In this document: in pieces, positions 16,480 through 26,551 of the stretch
How positions within the stretch are numbered: the first letter of the stretch is position 1
Layout: every line of letters starts with the position of its first letter
IMG/VR virus record: IMGVR_UViG_3300037127_000056
Coordinates: 1-64,000 of that record
Strand: one strand, 5' to 3'
From: a virus
Taxonomy: Duplodnaviria; Caudoviricetes
Length of the DNA stretch: 64,000 nt
Position numbers and translations under genes: made by a program
Notes under the pieces: model-generated
The model's database searches: none
Seen by the model: the letters and a program-made list of their open reading frames with translations, nothing else
Told to the model about the DNA's origin: nothing

Positions 16480-17895
16480 ATGAACGTAAGCATGATCACA
16501 ATCGCATCCGCCGCCGCATCACCACCCGATATTCTCAAAAAGATCCTATCAGGTGGAGTGTGTATTGATGACCCAATCCACCGCCCCGACCCGGCCGACC
16601 ACATCGAGATAGACTTTTCTCAAAAGAACAATCTCACGCGCCGGTACTTGCATTCGATCGAGAAAATTCCCGTCCTCGAACGGGATGACGAAACTGCCGT
16701 AGCACGGGCACTTGATGGTGCCAGCCGACGGAGACACGCCGCGATGTTGGTTCTCGGTACGCTACCGGCGATGGTCCTTGACTACGCCGTGATGGTCGAA
16801 GAAGGTCACATGGGCGCATCGCATTGGGTGGAGGCGGTTGATGGAACGGATGACGATTTCGAGCAACGGTTCGATGATGTTGTCACGGCGATGAGACGGG
16901 CTCGCCGCCGAGGGGACACCGCGACGGTGATACGGGAGTGTCTGCGATTCACCCTTCACGTGGATTTCTTGGAGCTGGCGGCCGAGAAGACCGCGATCAC
17001 TGTTCGCAAGCTTCGAACAGCTGCTGTTGCAGCTCGGAGTGGGTCCAACGCTGATCGATCGTTCGTCATGGCATGGACTCAAGCAACTGGCATGGACATT
17101 CACACCGCTCTTTCCTACGCCCGCGATTTCACCGACGCCGACGCCGACATGGTGGGGCCACGTTCCACCTTGATTCAAAGCAATCTCCGGTTGGTCGTGT
17201 CGCTTGCAAACAAGGCAGTGGCCAACAACATGCACATCCTTGATTTGGTTCAAGAAGGGAATCTTGGCCTCATCCGGGCGGTTCAGAAATTCAACTGGCG
17301 CTTGGGCTACAAGTTCTCGACATACGCGACGTGGTGGATCCGACAGGCTATAACGCGAGGCGTCAATGACGGGTCTCGCACGATCAGGCTACCCACACAT
17401 CTCATCGAAGAATACAAGGAACTCCGACACGCCATGCGGAACATCTTGGTCGAACAAGGCCGAGAGCCGACGATCGCAGAGATCGTGGAAGCCAGCGGCA
17501 TGGACGAAGATCGGGTGGTATTCCTTCTCAATATGGTCCGCGAACCGATTTCGTTGGAGTCCCCGGTGCCAGGAGACGATGGGGACATGTCCCGGCTCGG
17601 GGACTTCTTGCCCGATCCGAACGGAAAGGACCCTGGCACGGAAACCGCCGCGGTTCAAATGGCTGAGGGGATCCGCCGCGTGCTTTCGACGTTGCCACCG
17701 CGGTTGGAGCTAATCCTCCGCCGCCGGAATGGTATCGGAGTCACCGATTCCGAGACGCGCAACGCTATCGGTGACGATGTAGGTGTGTCGTTCGAACGGA
17801 TCCGACAGTTGGAACTTCGAGCGCTGGAGCTACTGCGGTCCCGCGACCGGGTGAAGTTTTTCCGTGAGATCCTCGGTGAGATCGACGACATCTAG
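16480..17895 (+). CDS. RpoD-like (group 1) sigma-70 factor
   Basis: Region 1.2 RRYLHSI; region 2 [42 protein letters not shown]; region 3 RTIRLP, PISLE; region 4 ERIRQLE. Confidence 0.95.
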   Translation: MNVSMITIASAAASPPDILKKILSGGVCIDDPIHRPDPADHIEIDFSQKNNLTRRYLHSIEKIPVLERDDETAVARALDGASRRRHAAMLVLGTLPAMVLDYAVMVEEGHMGASHWVEAVDGTDDDFEQRFDDVVTAMRRARRRGDTATVIRECLRFTLHVDFLELAAEKTAITVRKLRTAAVAARSGSNADRSFVMAWTQATGMDIHTALSYARDFTDADADMVGPRSTLIQSNLRLVVSLANKAVANNMHILDLVQEGNLGLIRAVQKFNWRLGYKFSTYATWWIRQAITRGVNDGSRTIRLPTHLIEEYKELRHAMRNILVEQGREPTIAEIVEASGMDEDRVVFLLNMVREPISLESPVPGDDGDMSRLGDFLPDPNGKDPGTETAAVQMAEGIRRVLSTLPPRLELILRRRNGIGVTDSETRNAIGDDVGVSFERIRQLELRALELLRSRDRVKFFREILGEIDDI

Positions 17896-18056
17896 GCTCG
17901 TTCATGAAGGGGGATTCCAAGCGTGGTCAGGAGGTCCCTCCAGCGCGCGAGCTGCGCGGACGTTTGGAATATGGCGTTGAGAACGTAGCCGGTATCCATT
18001 TGGACACAGACCTGTCCCGGGTAGTCCTTGCCCGGTTGCGAGTACCACGCGATCAT
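17892..18056 (-). CDS. small hypothetical protein
   Basis: ATGA overlap with the HAD gene. Confidence 0.45.
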   Translation of the reverse strand: MIAWYSQPGKDYPGQVCVQMDTGYVLNAIFQTSAQLARWRDLLTTLGIPLHERA

Positions 18057-18451
18057 GCGGCCTCCATACGAGGCACTTTGAATGCATCGCACAACATGGG
18101 CCCGGCGACGTCCCAATTGATGTACGGGCGGCCCGAGTCCGGTGTCACGAGCGGGGCTCCAAGGGCGGCGTCGTCGAGGTAGACGTGAGCATACACCTTC
18201 GGAGACGACGTCCAATGCTTCTGGGCGGGGTTGTTGTTGGCCCCATAGAGATCGATGCTGTTGTCATTGAGCCAGGTCACCGCGGCTTCGAGGTGAGGCC
18301 CGCTCCGCATGGTGTTGAGTACGATCTTGACGCCGTGCGCGCGAAGATGCTTGAGCCATGGGATGGCACCGATGTCACCGCCGACGTCGGGGTAGGCATG
18401 TCTCACCACGGTCCCGTCGAAGTCCAATCCGAGAATGTTCTTTCGTCGCAT
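18053..18451 (-). CDS. HAD-superfamily phosphatase (BT0820-like)
   Basis: LDFDGT motif I, NTMR motif II, K...YLDD motifs III/IV. Confidence 0.85.
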   Translation of the reverse strand: MRRKNILGLDFDGTVVRHAYPDVGGDIGAIPWLKHLRAHGVKIVLNTMRSGPHLEAAVTWLNDNSIDLYGANNNPAQKHWTSSPKVYAHVYLDDAALGAPLVTPDSGRPYINWDVAGPMLCDAFKVPRMEAA

Positions 18452-18547
18452 GGTGTTATGATACGGGACTGCGGTTTCCTTGTGATCTCATGACGTATCC
18501 GCTACATGCACGGATACAATCAAATCTCACCCCAAGCAGGAAGCCCG

Positions 18548-20686
18548 ATGCAAGATTTTTCGACATTCGCCCGCACGATATTCCAAGAACGGTACGCCCA
18601 CGACACCCCTGATGGTAAAGAGACGTGGGAGCAAACCGCGGCCCGCGTCGCCAAGCATGTCCTCGCCGCGGTTGACGCACCGCAGGATCTCGTCGATCGG
18701 GTCGCCGTTGCTATCGCGGAGCGGAGGTTCATCCCCGCCGGCCGCTACCTCTATTCGTCGGGCCACGACTACCATCAGGTCAACAATTGCCTACTCCTGA
18801 AGGCGGAAGACACCCGCGAGGGGTGGGGTGAGCTGGTACAGAAAGCCATGGTCGCCCAGATGACGGGCGCCGGCATCGGTGTCGATTACTCCGAGCTCCG
18901 CGCAGAGGGGGCACCGCTCAAGCGCAGTGGTGGGTGGTCGAGTGGCCCCATCGCGCTGGCTCAAGCCGTCAACGAACTCGGGCGGGCGGCGAAGCAAGGT
19001 GGCAACCGTCGCGGCGCCATCTGGGCGGGCCTGAACTGGAAGCACCCCGACATCTTCAAGTTCATCTCATCCAAGGACTGGAGCGCCGACATCCGTGCTC
19101 TGAAGGCCAAGGATTTCAATCAGCCCGCGACGTTGGACTACACCAACATCTCGGTGCAGCTCGACGACGAGTTCTTTGCCGCGTATCGGAATGAGCATCA
19201 TGGGCTTCACCAGCACGCCCGCGCCGTGTACTGGGATGTCATCCGGCACATGTTGGAGACCGGGGAGCCGGGGTTCAGCATTGACTGCGGCGAGAATGCC
19301 GGCGAGACGCTCAGGAACGCCCCTGTATGCGCCGAGACGCGGGTACTGACCCATGAGGGTTACAAGACCGTGGGTGAGCTTGTGGGCGTTCCTACGACGC
19401 TATGGACCGGTGCTCGGTGGGCAGAAGATTGCGTGTTCGAAAAGACCGGTTCCATGGTCCCAACGGTGCAAGTCGAGATGAGTAATGGTGTGTCTATCCG
19501 TTGTGATCCAACACATGAGTTTCTCACGACAACCATTGACCGTTCTCGGATAGGGAATGCGTATACCTACACTGATGTGACGAATGTTGCCGCGAAAGAT
19601 CTGACCCCCGGCACGGTTATTGCCAGGGGTGTGTCGGGAATAGTTCATCCAGTTGTGAGTGACCACGTCCGTGCTTGGGAACTACATCAGCGTACATTTG
19701 ATGATGCTGGGTCATACGTATCTGTGATCGCGGTTCGCGACGATGAGCCCGCCGATGTCTACTGCACCAACGTCGGCTACGATGAGCACAGCTTCATGGC
19801 TGAGGGTGTCCTGATCTCGAATTGCACCGAAATCACGTCCCGCGACGATTCCGACGTCTGCAATCTGGGGTCCATCAATGTCGCCCGCATCGAGAGCTTG
19901 GACCAGATGCGCGAGACCGTGGAGCTGGCCACGACTTTCCTGCTGGCGGGAACCCTCTACAGCCACGTCCCATACGAGAAGGTGCGGGAAGTGCGCGCCA
20001 AGAATCGCCGCCTCGGACTCGGCATCATGGGCGTCCATGAGTGGCTACTTGCGCGGGGACGGAAGTACGGACCTGATGCTGAGCTGGCGGAGTACCTCGA
20101 CATCTACGCCACGTCCGGCGACATCGCGAACCGGCTCGCCGACGAGTGGGGTATTAGTCGGCCGGTGAAGACGCGCAGCCTCCAGCCCACGGGCACGACA
20201 TCGATCGTGGCGGAGACGACATCCGGCATCGAACCCATCTTCTCGGCAGCTCACCGTCGGCGCTACCGGGTTGGCGACGAGTGGCGGGTGCAGTATGTCC
20301 TCGATCCCGTGGCGAAACGTCTCGTGGAGTCCGGCATCGATCCCGATGACATCGAGGACGCCTATTCCCTGGCCGGTGACATCGAACGTCGTGTCGTGAC
20401 CCAGGCATGGTTGCAGCGATGGGTGGACCACGGTATCAGCTCGACGATCAACTTGCCGGCGTGGGGCAGCACCGAGAACAACGAGTCACGGGTCGAGGAG
20501 TTCGGTGACATGTTGATGCAGTATCTCCCCTACCTCCGTGGCATCACCGTCTACCCCGATGGTGCCCGTGGCGGGCAGCCGCTGGAAGCCGTCCCCTACC
20601 GTGAGGCGGCGATGTATGAGGGGCAGACCATCATCGAGGCTGGGGACGTGTGTGATTTGCGGACGGGCGAGAGTTGTGGGAGCTAG
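18548..20686 (+). CDS. nrdJ: ribonucleotide reductase, probably class II (B12-dependent), intein-containing
   Basis: VNNC, NA|CTE split by an intein, CNLGS, RRLGLG, PTGT, TSGIEP, ISSTINLP, C-terminal Cys pair; no beta subunit in the window. Confidence 0.88.
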   Translation: MQDFSTFARTIFQERYAHDTPDGKETWEQTAARVAKHVLAAVDAPQDLVDRVAVAIAERRFIPAGRYLYSSGHDYHQVNNCLLLKAEDTREGWGELVQKAMVAQMTGAGIGVDYSELRAEGAPLKRSGGWSSGPIALAQAVNELGRAAKQGGNRRGAIWAGLNWKHPDIFKFISSKDWSADIRALKAKDFNQPATLDYTNISVQLDDEFFAAYRNEHHGLHQHARAVYWDVIRHMLETGEPGFSIDCGENAGETLRNAPVCAETRVLTHEGYKTVGELVGVPTTLWTGARWAEDCVFEKTGSMVPTVQVEMSNGVSIRCDPTHEFLTTTIDRSRIGNAYTYTDVTNVAAKDLTPGTVIARGVSGIVHPVVSDHVRAWELHQRTFDDAGSYVSVIAVRDDEPADVYCTNVGYDEHSFMAEGVLISNCTEITSRDDSDVCNLGSINVARIESLDQMRETVELATTFLLAGTLYSHVPYEKVREVRAKNRRLGLGIMGVHEWLLARGRKYGPDAELAEYLDIYATSGDIANRLADEWGISRPVKTRSLQPTGTTSIVAETTSGIEPIFSAAHRRRYRVGDEWRVQYVLDPVAKRLVESGIDPDDIEDAYSLAGDIERRVVTQAWLQRWVDHGISSTINLPAWGSTENNESRVEEFGDMLMQYLPYLRGITVYPDGARGGQPLEAVPYREAAMYEGQTIIEAGDVCDLRTGESCGS
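19322..19822 (+). mobile_element. 167-aa mini-intein with Pro1 and block-F Cys (class 3-like)
   Basis: PVCAETRVLT start, CDPTHEF block B, DVYC...HSF block F, ends ISN followed by Cys. Removal restores TLRNA-CTEIT. No endonuclease domain. Confidence 0.85.
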
Positions 20687-21168
20687 CGAGAATAATGAAC
20701 TTTATACGTACCTATTGAGAGTTCCGCCCACGTAGCTCCAGCGCGAATTTCAATACGAAAGCGTGTTGAATTTCCAGCAGATACTCTGTTCACTATTGTA
20801 GAGCTAACAGTGCTTCGAAGTTCGATGTCGCTTAACCGAACCGAGTTCCCGTTCACAATACGACCACTCAGATAAGTGGCCCCGTTTGACTTGAAAATCT
20901 TGGCATCGGTAACGAAAAGGTTTTGATACCCAATCCGCTGAATACTTTTTGGAGCATGAAACACTCGTTGTGGGTGAGCAGTTTCATACATAGACTGTAC
21001 GTCAGCAAGAGCCAGCTCGGCTGTTGTAAGGCGGTCCGTAAGGACATCTTGCCATACGGTGGCCGTTGCCGTGCTCTGGCAGTTTTCTGTAACATATGAC
21101 TTGACTTCGTCGTGTGACATGTAATTGCATGCCACTACAAATGGAAAGATCGCGATTGCTAGTTTCAT
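20683..21168 (-). CDS. putative lipoprotein in an AT-richer insert
   Basis: MKLAIAIFPFVVAC lipobox-like signal; DNA visibly less GC-rich than its flanks. Confidence 0.65.
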   Translation of the reverse strand: MKLAIAIFPFVVACNYMSHDEVKSYVTENCQSTATATVWQDVLTDRLTTAELALADVQSMYETAHPQRVFHAPKSIQRIGYQNLFVTDAKIFKSNGATYLSGRIVNGNSVRLSDIELRSTVSSTIVNRVSAGNSTRFRIEIRAGATWAELSIGTYKVHYSR

Positions 21169-21180
21169 GATTTCTGTATA

Positions 21181-21765
21181 CTACTCGGTGAGTAGGGTTG
21201 GCAAGCCTTCACGCAACTCGATGGTCCGTAGAATGGCGCGCGCGACGTCGGCCATCTCGTGACCGCCCTCGATGAGGGCATCGACGATCGCCCGCGCTTC
21301 ATCAAGATCAAAAGACGAACCGCCACCGGCGAAGTACAGCGCTTTGATCCAGAGCATGAACATCACACGGTCTGGGACGATCGGTACCCATCCCACTGAC
21401 ACCCCGAGCCGCTTCCAACCGAAGGCGCCGTAGACCCGGCCTCCGGCAATGACGCCGTTTTCAACTGCGGACATCAGCGGAGCCCGCGACATCGGAGCGG
21501 CGATCACTGAGCCGTCGTCCAACGTGTGAGCGAACCAATCGTAGGCATGGGAACCTACCCAACGAAGTGGTTGTCCGGGATCTGAGATTCTCTGAACGTA
21601 ACCAGTGATGAGTGCCGGGATCGGGATAGTGTCTTGTCTCAGGATGTTGTTGTTCCAGCCATACTTCGGTTGTGTATACGTTGGGCCGGATGCAAGAACC
21701 CGCACTCCGGCGACATCCATGTACTCGACACCGGCTGGCATATTCCAGTCATTGGCATTGTTCAT
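21181..21765 (-). CDS. hypothetical protein
   Basis: ATGA overlap with the upstream ORF. Confidence 0.65.
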   Translation of the reverse strand: MNNANDWNMPAGVEYMDVAGVRVLASGPTYTQPKYGWNNNILRQDTIPIPALITGYVQRISDPGQPLRWVGSHAYDWFAHTLDDGSVIAAPMSRAPLMSAVENGVIAGGRVYGAFGWKRLGVSVGWVPIVPDRVMFMLWIKALYFAGGGSSFDLDEARAIVDALIEGGHEMADVARAILRTIELREGLPTLLTE

Positions 21766-22133
21766 GCATCTTCCCTTTCCATAGGGATGCCGCTCAGTCC
21801 GGTACGCGAGCCCGACCGTAGGATGTCGGCGAGACACTCGGCTTCATCGGCGTTCAGCAGGCTCCACGTGTTTCCCAACGTACAGGTTGGGACAAAGTTT
21901 CCGGTCGGGATCTCCGGAGGTACTTTGAATGCACGAACAACGCAATAGCCTGCACTGTAGCGAGTTATCGCCACGCCTTGACATGAGCCGTTTCCAATCG
22001 CCTCGACGACCACACGTTGGGAGCCTGGAAACAACGGTTCGAAGCCACGGCGCCCTTCCTCGGATGGCCAATTCGGCCCCGTGGTGTCAGCCCATGTCAA
22101 GAGTTCAGAGAGTTCATCGGTCAAGGTGGTCAT
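21762..22133 (-). CDS. hypothetical protein
   Basis: Near-consensus promoter directly upstream. Confidence 0.65.
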   Translation of the reverse strand: MTTLTDELSELLTWADTTGPNWPSEEGRRGFEPLFPGSQRVVVEAIGNGSCQGVAITRYSAGYCVVRAFKVPPEIPTGNFVPTCTLGNTWSLLNADEAECLADILRSGSRTGLSGIPMEREDA

Positions 22134-22140
22134 GGCGGCG

Positions 22141-22169
22141 AGCATAGCTTACCACGGCCAGGATGTCAA
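22141..22169 (-). promoter_or_regulatory. leaderless sigma70 promoter
   Basis: TTGACA-17-TATGCT-7-ATG(22133). Confidence 0.8.
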
Positions 22170-22450
22170 TCTATTTCAGGAACTGATGAGCGGGCAGCAT
22201 CGAGTTGCTCGCGGATACCTCGAAGCCGATCCGCAGCACGTACGGGGTTGTGAGCCCGCAGAATCATCGACATCTCCGCCCACTGGCGTGGGAACACCAA
22301 GACGTGGAATTCGTCATAGGCGGCGTCTGAGGCGGCGTGACGGATACCGGTATCGAGCCCGCGGACCAGAACCGCGGTAACGGACGGTTCCGACGGGATG
22401 ATGTCCACGATCTCTCCGTGCGCGATCACGGTCACGACGTCACGCTTCAT
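22166..22450 (-). CDS. hypothetical protein (start uncertain)
   Basis: ORF coupled to the upstream gene. Confidence 0.5.
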   Translation of the reverse strand: MKRDVVTVIAHGEIVDIIPSEPSVTAVLVRGLDTGIRHAASDAAYDEFHVLVFPRQWAEMSMILRAHNPVRAADRLRGIREQLDAARSSVPEID

Positions 22451-22727
22451 CTGCCGCCTCGACATCATCGTGACCCAAGTGTGCAACGAGTTGATCGCGG
22501 AGCCAGTGTGCGCCCTCGACGAAGTCGGCCGAGAGGTTGTCGTCTCGCCGGAGCGTTGCCAAGAAACGATCCACGCCCGTCCAGATGCCATAGAGGGCGA
22601 GGGCGTCGCCGACTTGCTCGACGGTCAAGGATGGGTGCAAGACCTGCACTCGGGCAAGTCGTTCCCCGGTGGGGAGCACCAGCTCATGGACGGGAACGTC
22701 GTCGTCACTATCGGTATGGTCGGACAT
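22440..22727 (-). CDS. hypothetical protein
   Basis: TATATC-6-ATG; palindrome just upstream. Confidence 0.6.
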   Translation of the reverse strand: MSDHTDSDDDVPVHELVLPTGERLARVQVLHPSLTVEQVGDALALYGIWTGVDRFLATLRRDDNLSADFVEGAHWLRDQLVAHLGHDDVEAADEA

Positions 22728-22761
22728 GGTGATGATATAGCCGGCCCGGGATTTCGAAGGG

Positions 22762-22777
22762 TTCCCGCCGGCGGGAA
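22762..22777. repeat. dispersed palindrome copy 6
   Basis: Intergenic, upstream of start 22727. Confidence 0.95.
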
Positions 22778-22780
22778 ACC

Positions 22781-25700
22781 TCAATCCGACATCAAAGCGC
22801 GTCCCAACGACATTGCGACCACCGTGGACTCATCACCGGCCCCGACACTGCGCAGGGATTCCAGGGGATCATGACCGTCGGTGGACTGCGACGCCGCCGC
22901 CTTGCGGATCAGGAACTCGTGATGCTTGACCTGCAAGGTGTCCGCATAGACCATGGACACCAGCTCAGTCGGACGCGTCTGCCCCGGCCGATAGATACGC
23001 CCCCGAGTCTGCCGGAAGATGATCGGCTGAGACCCCGGACTTTCGAAGAACACCACCCGCGAGAAGTAGGTGAGGTTGTCGAGCCCCGTCCCGATCACCT
23101 TGGGGTGCGCGATCAAGACGTCGATGCCGGAACTCACGGCGTTGTCGATCCACTTCATCCGTTTCTTGGTGGCGACCTTCTGTGCTTCCAGGTAGCGGGC
23201 ATCGAGCCCCTGCGCGGTCAACAGAGATTCGATCCGCGAGGCGAGTCCCCGTTCCCGGTACTTCTCACCGAGCCCCGACGGCGTGCCGACATTCCAGAGA
23301 CATACGATGACCTTGTCCCCGGTGGCGACGTTTTCCCGGCAGTAGTCGATGAGAGCTTGTTCCTTCGGCATGATCCGTTCAGCGGGGTAGCCACCACACG
23401 TCGCTACGATGCCACCATCCTTCGGGTACTGCGCGACATAGTAGCCGTCCCCGGTGTTGCCGACATCGGACGTCATACGGTCCAAGGACGTTGGAGCCAT
23501 CGCCAGCGCGCCCAAGAGCTTACCAGACCTGGAGGTGCGGTAGTCTTGCTTCAACTGGTCACGGACGCGGCGGACAAGTCGCTTGTGTCCCAGTGCTTGG
23601 TCGGGATCTGGTGTGACCATGATGGTCCGCTCGCGGAACGGCGGCAAGATGAGGTTGTCACCAACGATGTCATCAATCGAGATCGTGGCCGTCACCGGTA
23701 GGAAGTCCCGGAGCACTGCGGTAGGCACAATCCCCGGCGCCGCACGACTGGTCTTGCGAGTACGGGTTTTGCGGTTCGAGGTCGCCCCATATTCTTTGAT
23801 GTCACCGTCGCTGTCACCATAGTCCACGACGCGGATGTTGTAGCCCCACGACTCCTGGTACGCCGCCGACTGCCCGTGGCGGTAGGTTTGACGGAGGTCA
23901 CGGTTGGCTTGCCAGAGAATCGGGAAGAGGCTCCGCGGGAATCCGTCCGATGTGGTGCCGGTCATGGCGATCCATTCACAGCCCATGTTGAACAGGACCT
24001 GTTCCGCCGCCGACTGCGCGGTGTCGCTATTTTTTCCCTCGTGAGCCTCATCCGAGATTGCGACGAGAATCTTTTTCCGGTAGCGGCGATGGATGTACTG
24101 AATCAGGGGGACACGCTTGAAGCGGGTGTGATCGGCTTGCCACAACGGTTCCCCACAGGTCGATGATTTCCATTCGCCGGCGGTCCAAAGAATCGTGAGA
24201 GCACGACCCATAGCGGCGACATTCCCCCGCGGCACGCCAAGACGGGGATCACCGGCGTTCCACGGCGGGCTCCATCGACCCTTGGGCCTCCACGGCGGGT
24301 CGATGCCGGCACAGCCCGCCGTGGTCTCATGCACCAACAATTCCGCGGCGAGTAACTCGGCCTCATCGAGGTTGTCTTTGTGGCAGTGCCATAGGATCCG
24401 AGGAAGGAATCCCAACACATCATCCCGATCTTCGTCAATCAATTCGAGGGCATAGGCGTGGGCTCGACGAATCCAGTCGAAGCGAACCCGATCGTCTGGG
24501 AACGCGTGGTGGAGATACACGATCGCATCATCGATGTCGTTTCCGATTAGAGGAATCATGCGGTCGAGGATCTGACTCACTGCCCCGCGGGTGAGCGATG
24601 TTACCCTTGGAGGCAACGATGATTCACCAAAGAACTTGACGACGATCTCGGATTGGGGCAACACGAGCCGCGAGATGCCCGCGAGTTCCATGCATAGGGA
24701 CGCGACGACATCAGGCGAACCGTCGTTCAAAGGCACAGGCCGGGTCTCCGCGGCGCATCGAATCTTGCGACGTTGCAGCGCCGCGGCATCGAACTCCGTG
24801 GATGTGCCACACTTCGGACACCGGGCGCGGAGGTGCTCGTCGGCGCGGTCGATGTCAGTGATCTCCCCGGCTTCTATCGCTGCTTCGATCCGCGGGTGTT
24901 CCCCCTCGATACCGGCTCGAAAGTAGCCGAGTTTGGCGAGTGAGCGGGCGAGGATACCGAACGACACGGCGCCGGGTTCCAGCTCGCGGGCCATCCACGC
25001 ATCGATATCGGTGATCGATTCGAGATTGGTCCAATCGACGTCGTGGCCGATGATGTCTGGCAACTGCTTTTCCCCCCACTGGCCGATCAAGTCTCGGGGG
25101 GCAATGATGAGGACGCGCCCCCCGCCACGTTCTTTGGCCCGGGTGTAGGCTGCGATCGATGAGATCGTGGTCTTGCCGGTACCCGTCTCACCGCTGATCT
25201 GGACACCACGACTGTGACGCCACCGCCAAGACCGGAGCACCGCTTGGCAGACGTGATGCTGGCGTTCAAAGGGAGTCCGCTTGACGGTTTCGACGGGCTC
25301 GCTATCCACGGCGGGGTCGAAGATGACATCGGTCCGGTCTCGAAACACCCGACGCATGGAGCTGCCGTAGAGTCGCAAGAGATCGCCACAGGACATCGCA
25401 GTGATGTCGTACTCACCGGCTTCATTGATGACGGGATCGATGGTCCGTGCCAGGGCGAACGCTTCTCCCGACGTGAGATCAATTGCTGAAATCGTGAGTT
25501 CCGGTACTTGTTGCTGCTGTTCGCCTACAAGCTCACCTTTCTTGTTCCGTCTCTCATCGGTCTTGACCCATACGCGGTCGTAGGAACCACGGATCGCCAG
25601 GACCGGCAGCCCATATTGTTGGTCGTCGGGTTGAAGAACGGCGCCGTCGAATGCGCCCGCGGCGACGGCAGCCGCGATGTGACTCGCCCGCGGCGGCATC

Positions 25701-26551
25701 AATGTCTTGAATCGAGGCTTCGCGACAAGCTCGGTACCAAGGGTTGCCACGGAGTTGGGGATCGTTTCGATGCCCCGTCGCGTTGGGGTCAACCAGGGTT
25801 GGTAGGTTGCCCGGATCTCGGTTTGGTCGAACTCACCGATCGTCCAGTTACTGAAGCGCATACCAGAATCTGCGATGACCATGTCTTGTAGCTGGTCTGG
25901 ATTCGGAAGGTCCAGCGGGGTGGCCGCGAGGGCGATGAGATCCGCCAGCTCTTGTGCCGCGGGTACTCGGTTCATGCACCGCCTCCCCATCAGCACGACT
26001 TGCTTGAAGGCGTCGTATTCTGCGCCCGGGAAGCGAGCGATCTGGACCTCGTGGAAGTGTCGGAGGAATGTCGGCGCGGCATCTTCCACGACATAGCTGG
26101 GGATCACGAACACCATGATCCCATTCAGGGAGACCATGGGACCGAACTTCGCGAGCCATTTGGTCTCCAAACGTCGCCACGTGGATCGGCTGCCAGCGAA
26201 ATCATAGGGCGGGTTCATGAAGAGGAGATCCACAGTGCCCTCGGGCTCGATACGGAACGCGTCCCCATTGACGACGTGCGATTCATATTCGGTTGCCCAG
26301 TCGCGCGCCTTGAGTTCGTTGAACCGCGTGACGTCCAGCTCAGCGGCGAAGATGCGCCGCTTCCAACGGCCAAGGGCCAACGCCCCGCATGCATCCGCGA
26401 ACGCCGTTAGAGCGGCTCCAGTCCCCGCACACGGGTCACACAAGGTGACGGTGCCGGTGTGTGCGATCTGAATCTTGCGCCCCACCGCCCGGACAATGTT
26501 GTCCGGAGTGGGGTAGAAGTAGGCTTTTTCGATTGCTTGTGGTCTGGCCAT
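22781..26551 (-). CDS. amino-methyltransferase (DUF6094-like) fused to SNF2-type helicase; DarB-like architecture
   Basis: FYPTP, DPCAGTG and NPPY (N6A/N4C MTase); GETGTGKT, DEAH, MTGT, TGLDNL and QTRGRIYRPGQ (SF2 helicase). Confidence 0.88.
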   Translation of the reverse strand: MARPQAIEKAYFYPTPDNIVRAVGRKIQIAHTGTVTLCDPCAGTGAALTAFADACGALALGRWKRRIFAAELDVTRFNELKARDWATEYESHVVNGDAFRIEPEGTVDLLFMNPPYDFAGSRSTWRRLETKWLAKFGPMVSLNGIMVFVIPSYVVEDAAPTFLRHFHEVQIARFPGAEYDAFKQVVLMGRRCMNRVPAAQELADLIALAATPLDLPNPDQLQDMVIADSGMRFSNWTIGEFDQTEIRATYQPWLTPTRRGIETIPNSVATLGTELVAKPRFKTLMPPRASHIAAAVAAGAFDGAVLQPDDQQYGLPVLAIRGSYDRVWVKTDERRNKKGELVGEQQQQVPELTISAIDLTSGEAFALARTIDPVINEAGEYDITAMSCGDLLRLYGSSMRRVFRDRTDVIFDPAVDSEPVETVKRTPFERQHHVCQAVLRSWRWRHSRGVQISGETGTGKTTISSIAAYTRAKERGGGRVLIIAPRDLIGQWGEKQLPDIIGHDVDWTNLESITDIDAWMARELEPGAVSFGILARSLAKLGYFRAGIEGEHPRIEAAIEAGEITDIDRADEHLRARCPKCGTSTEFDAAALQRRKIRCAAETRPVPLNDGSPDVVASLCMELAGISRLVLPQSEIVVKFFGESSLPPRVTSLTRGAVSQILDRMIPLIGNDIDDAIVYLHHAFPDDRVRFDWIRRAHAYALELIDEDRDDVLGFLPRILWHCHKDNLDEAELLAAELLVHETTAGCAGIDPPWRPKGRWSPPWNAGDPRLGVPRGNVAAMGRALTILWTAGEWKSSTCGEPLWQADHTRFKRVPLIQYIHRRYRKKILVAISDEAHEGKNSDTAQSAAEQVLFNMGCEWIAMTGTTSDGFPRSLFPILWQANRDLRQTYRHGQSAAYQESWGYNIRVVDYGDSDGDIKEYGATSNRKTRTRKTSRAAPGIVPTAVLRDFLPVTATISIDDIVGDNLILPPFRERTIMVTPDPDQALGHKRLVRRVRDQLKQDYRTSRSGKLLGALAMAPTSLDRMTSDVGNTGDGYYVAQYPKDGGIVATCGGYPAERIMPKEQALIDYCRENVATGDKVIVCLWNVGTPSGLGEKYRERGLASRIESLLTAQGLDARYLEAQKVATKKRMKWIDNAVSSGIDVLIAHPKVIGTGLDNLTYFSRVVFFESPGSQPIIFRQTRGRIYRPGQTRPTELVSMVYADTLQVKHHEFLIRKAAASQSTDGHDPLESLRSVGAGDESTVVAMSLGRALMSD

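Noticed and set aside
19936-19952. Two-mismatch palindrome variant inside the RNR gene
   Set aside because: It encodes conserved FLLAGT and may be coincidental; not counted among the 17 exact copies.
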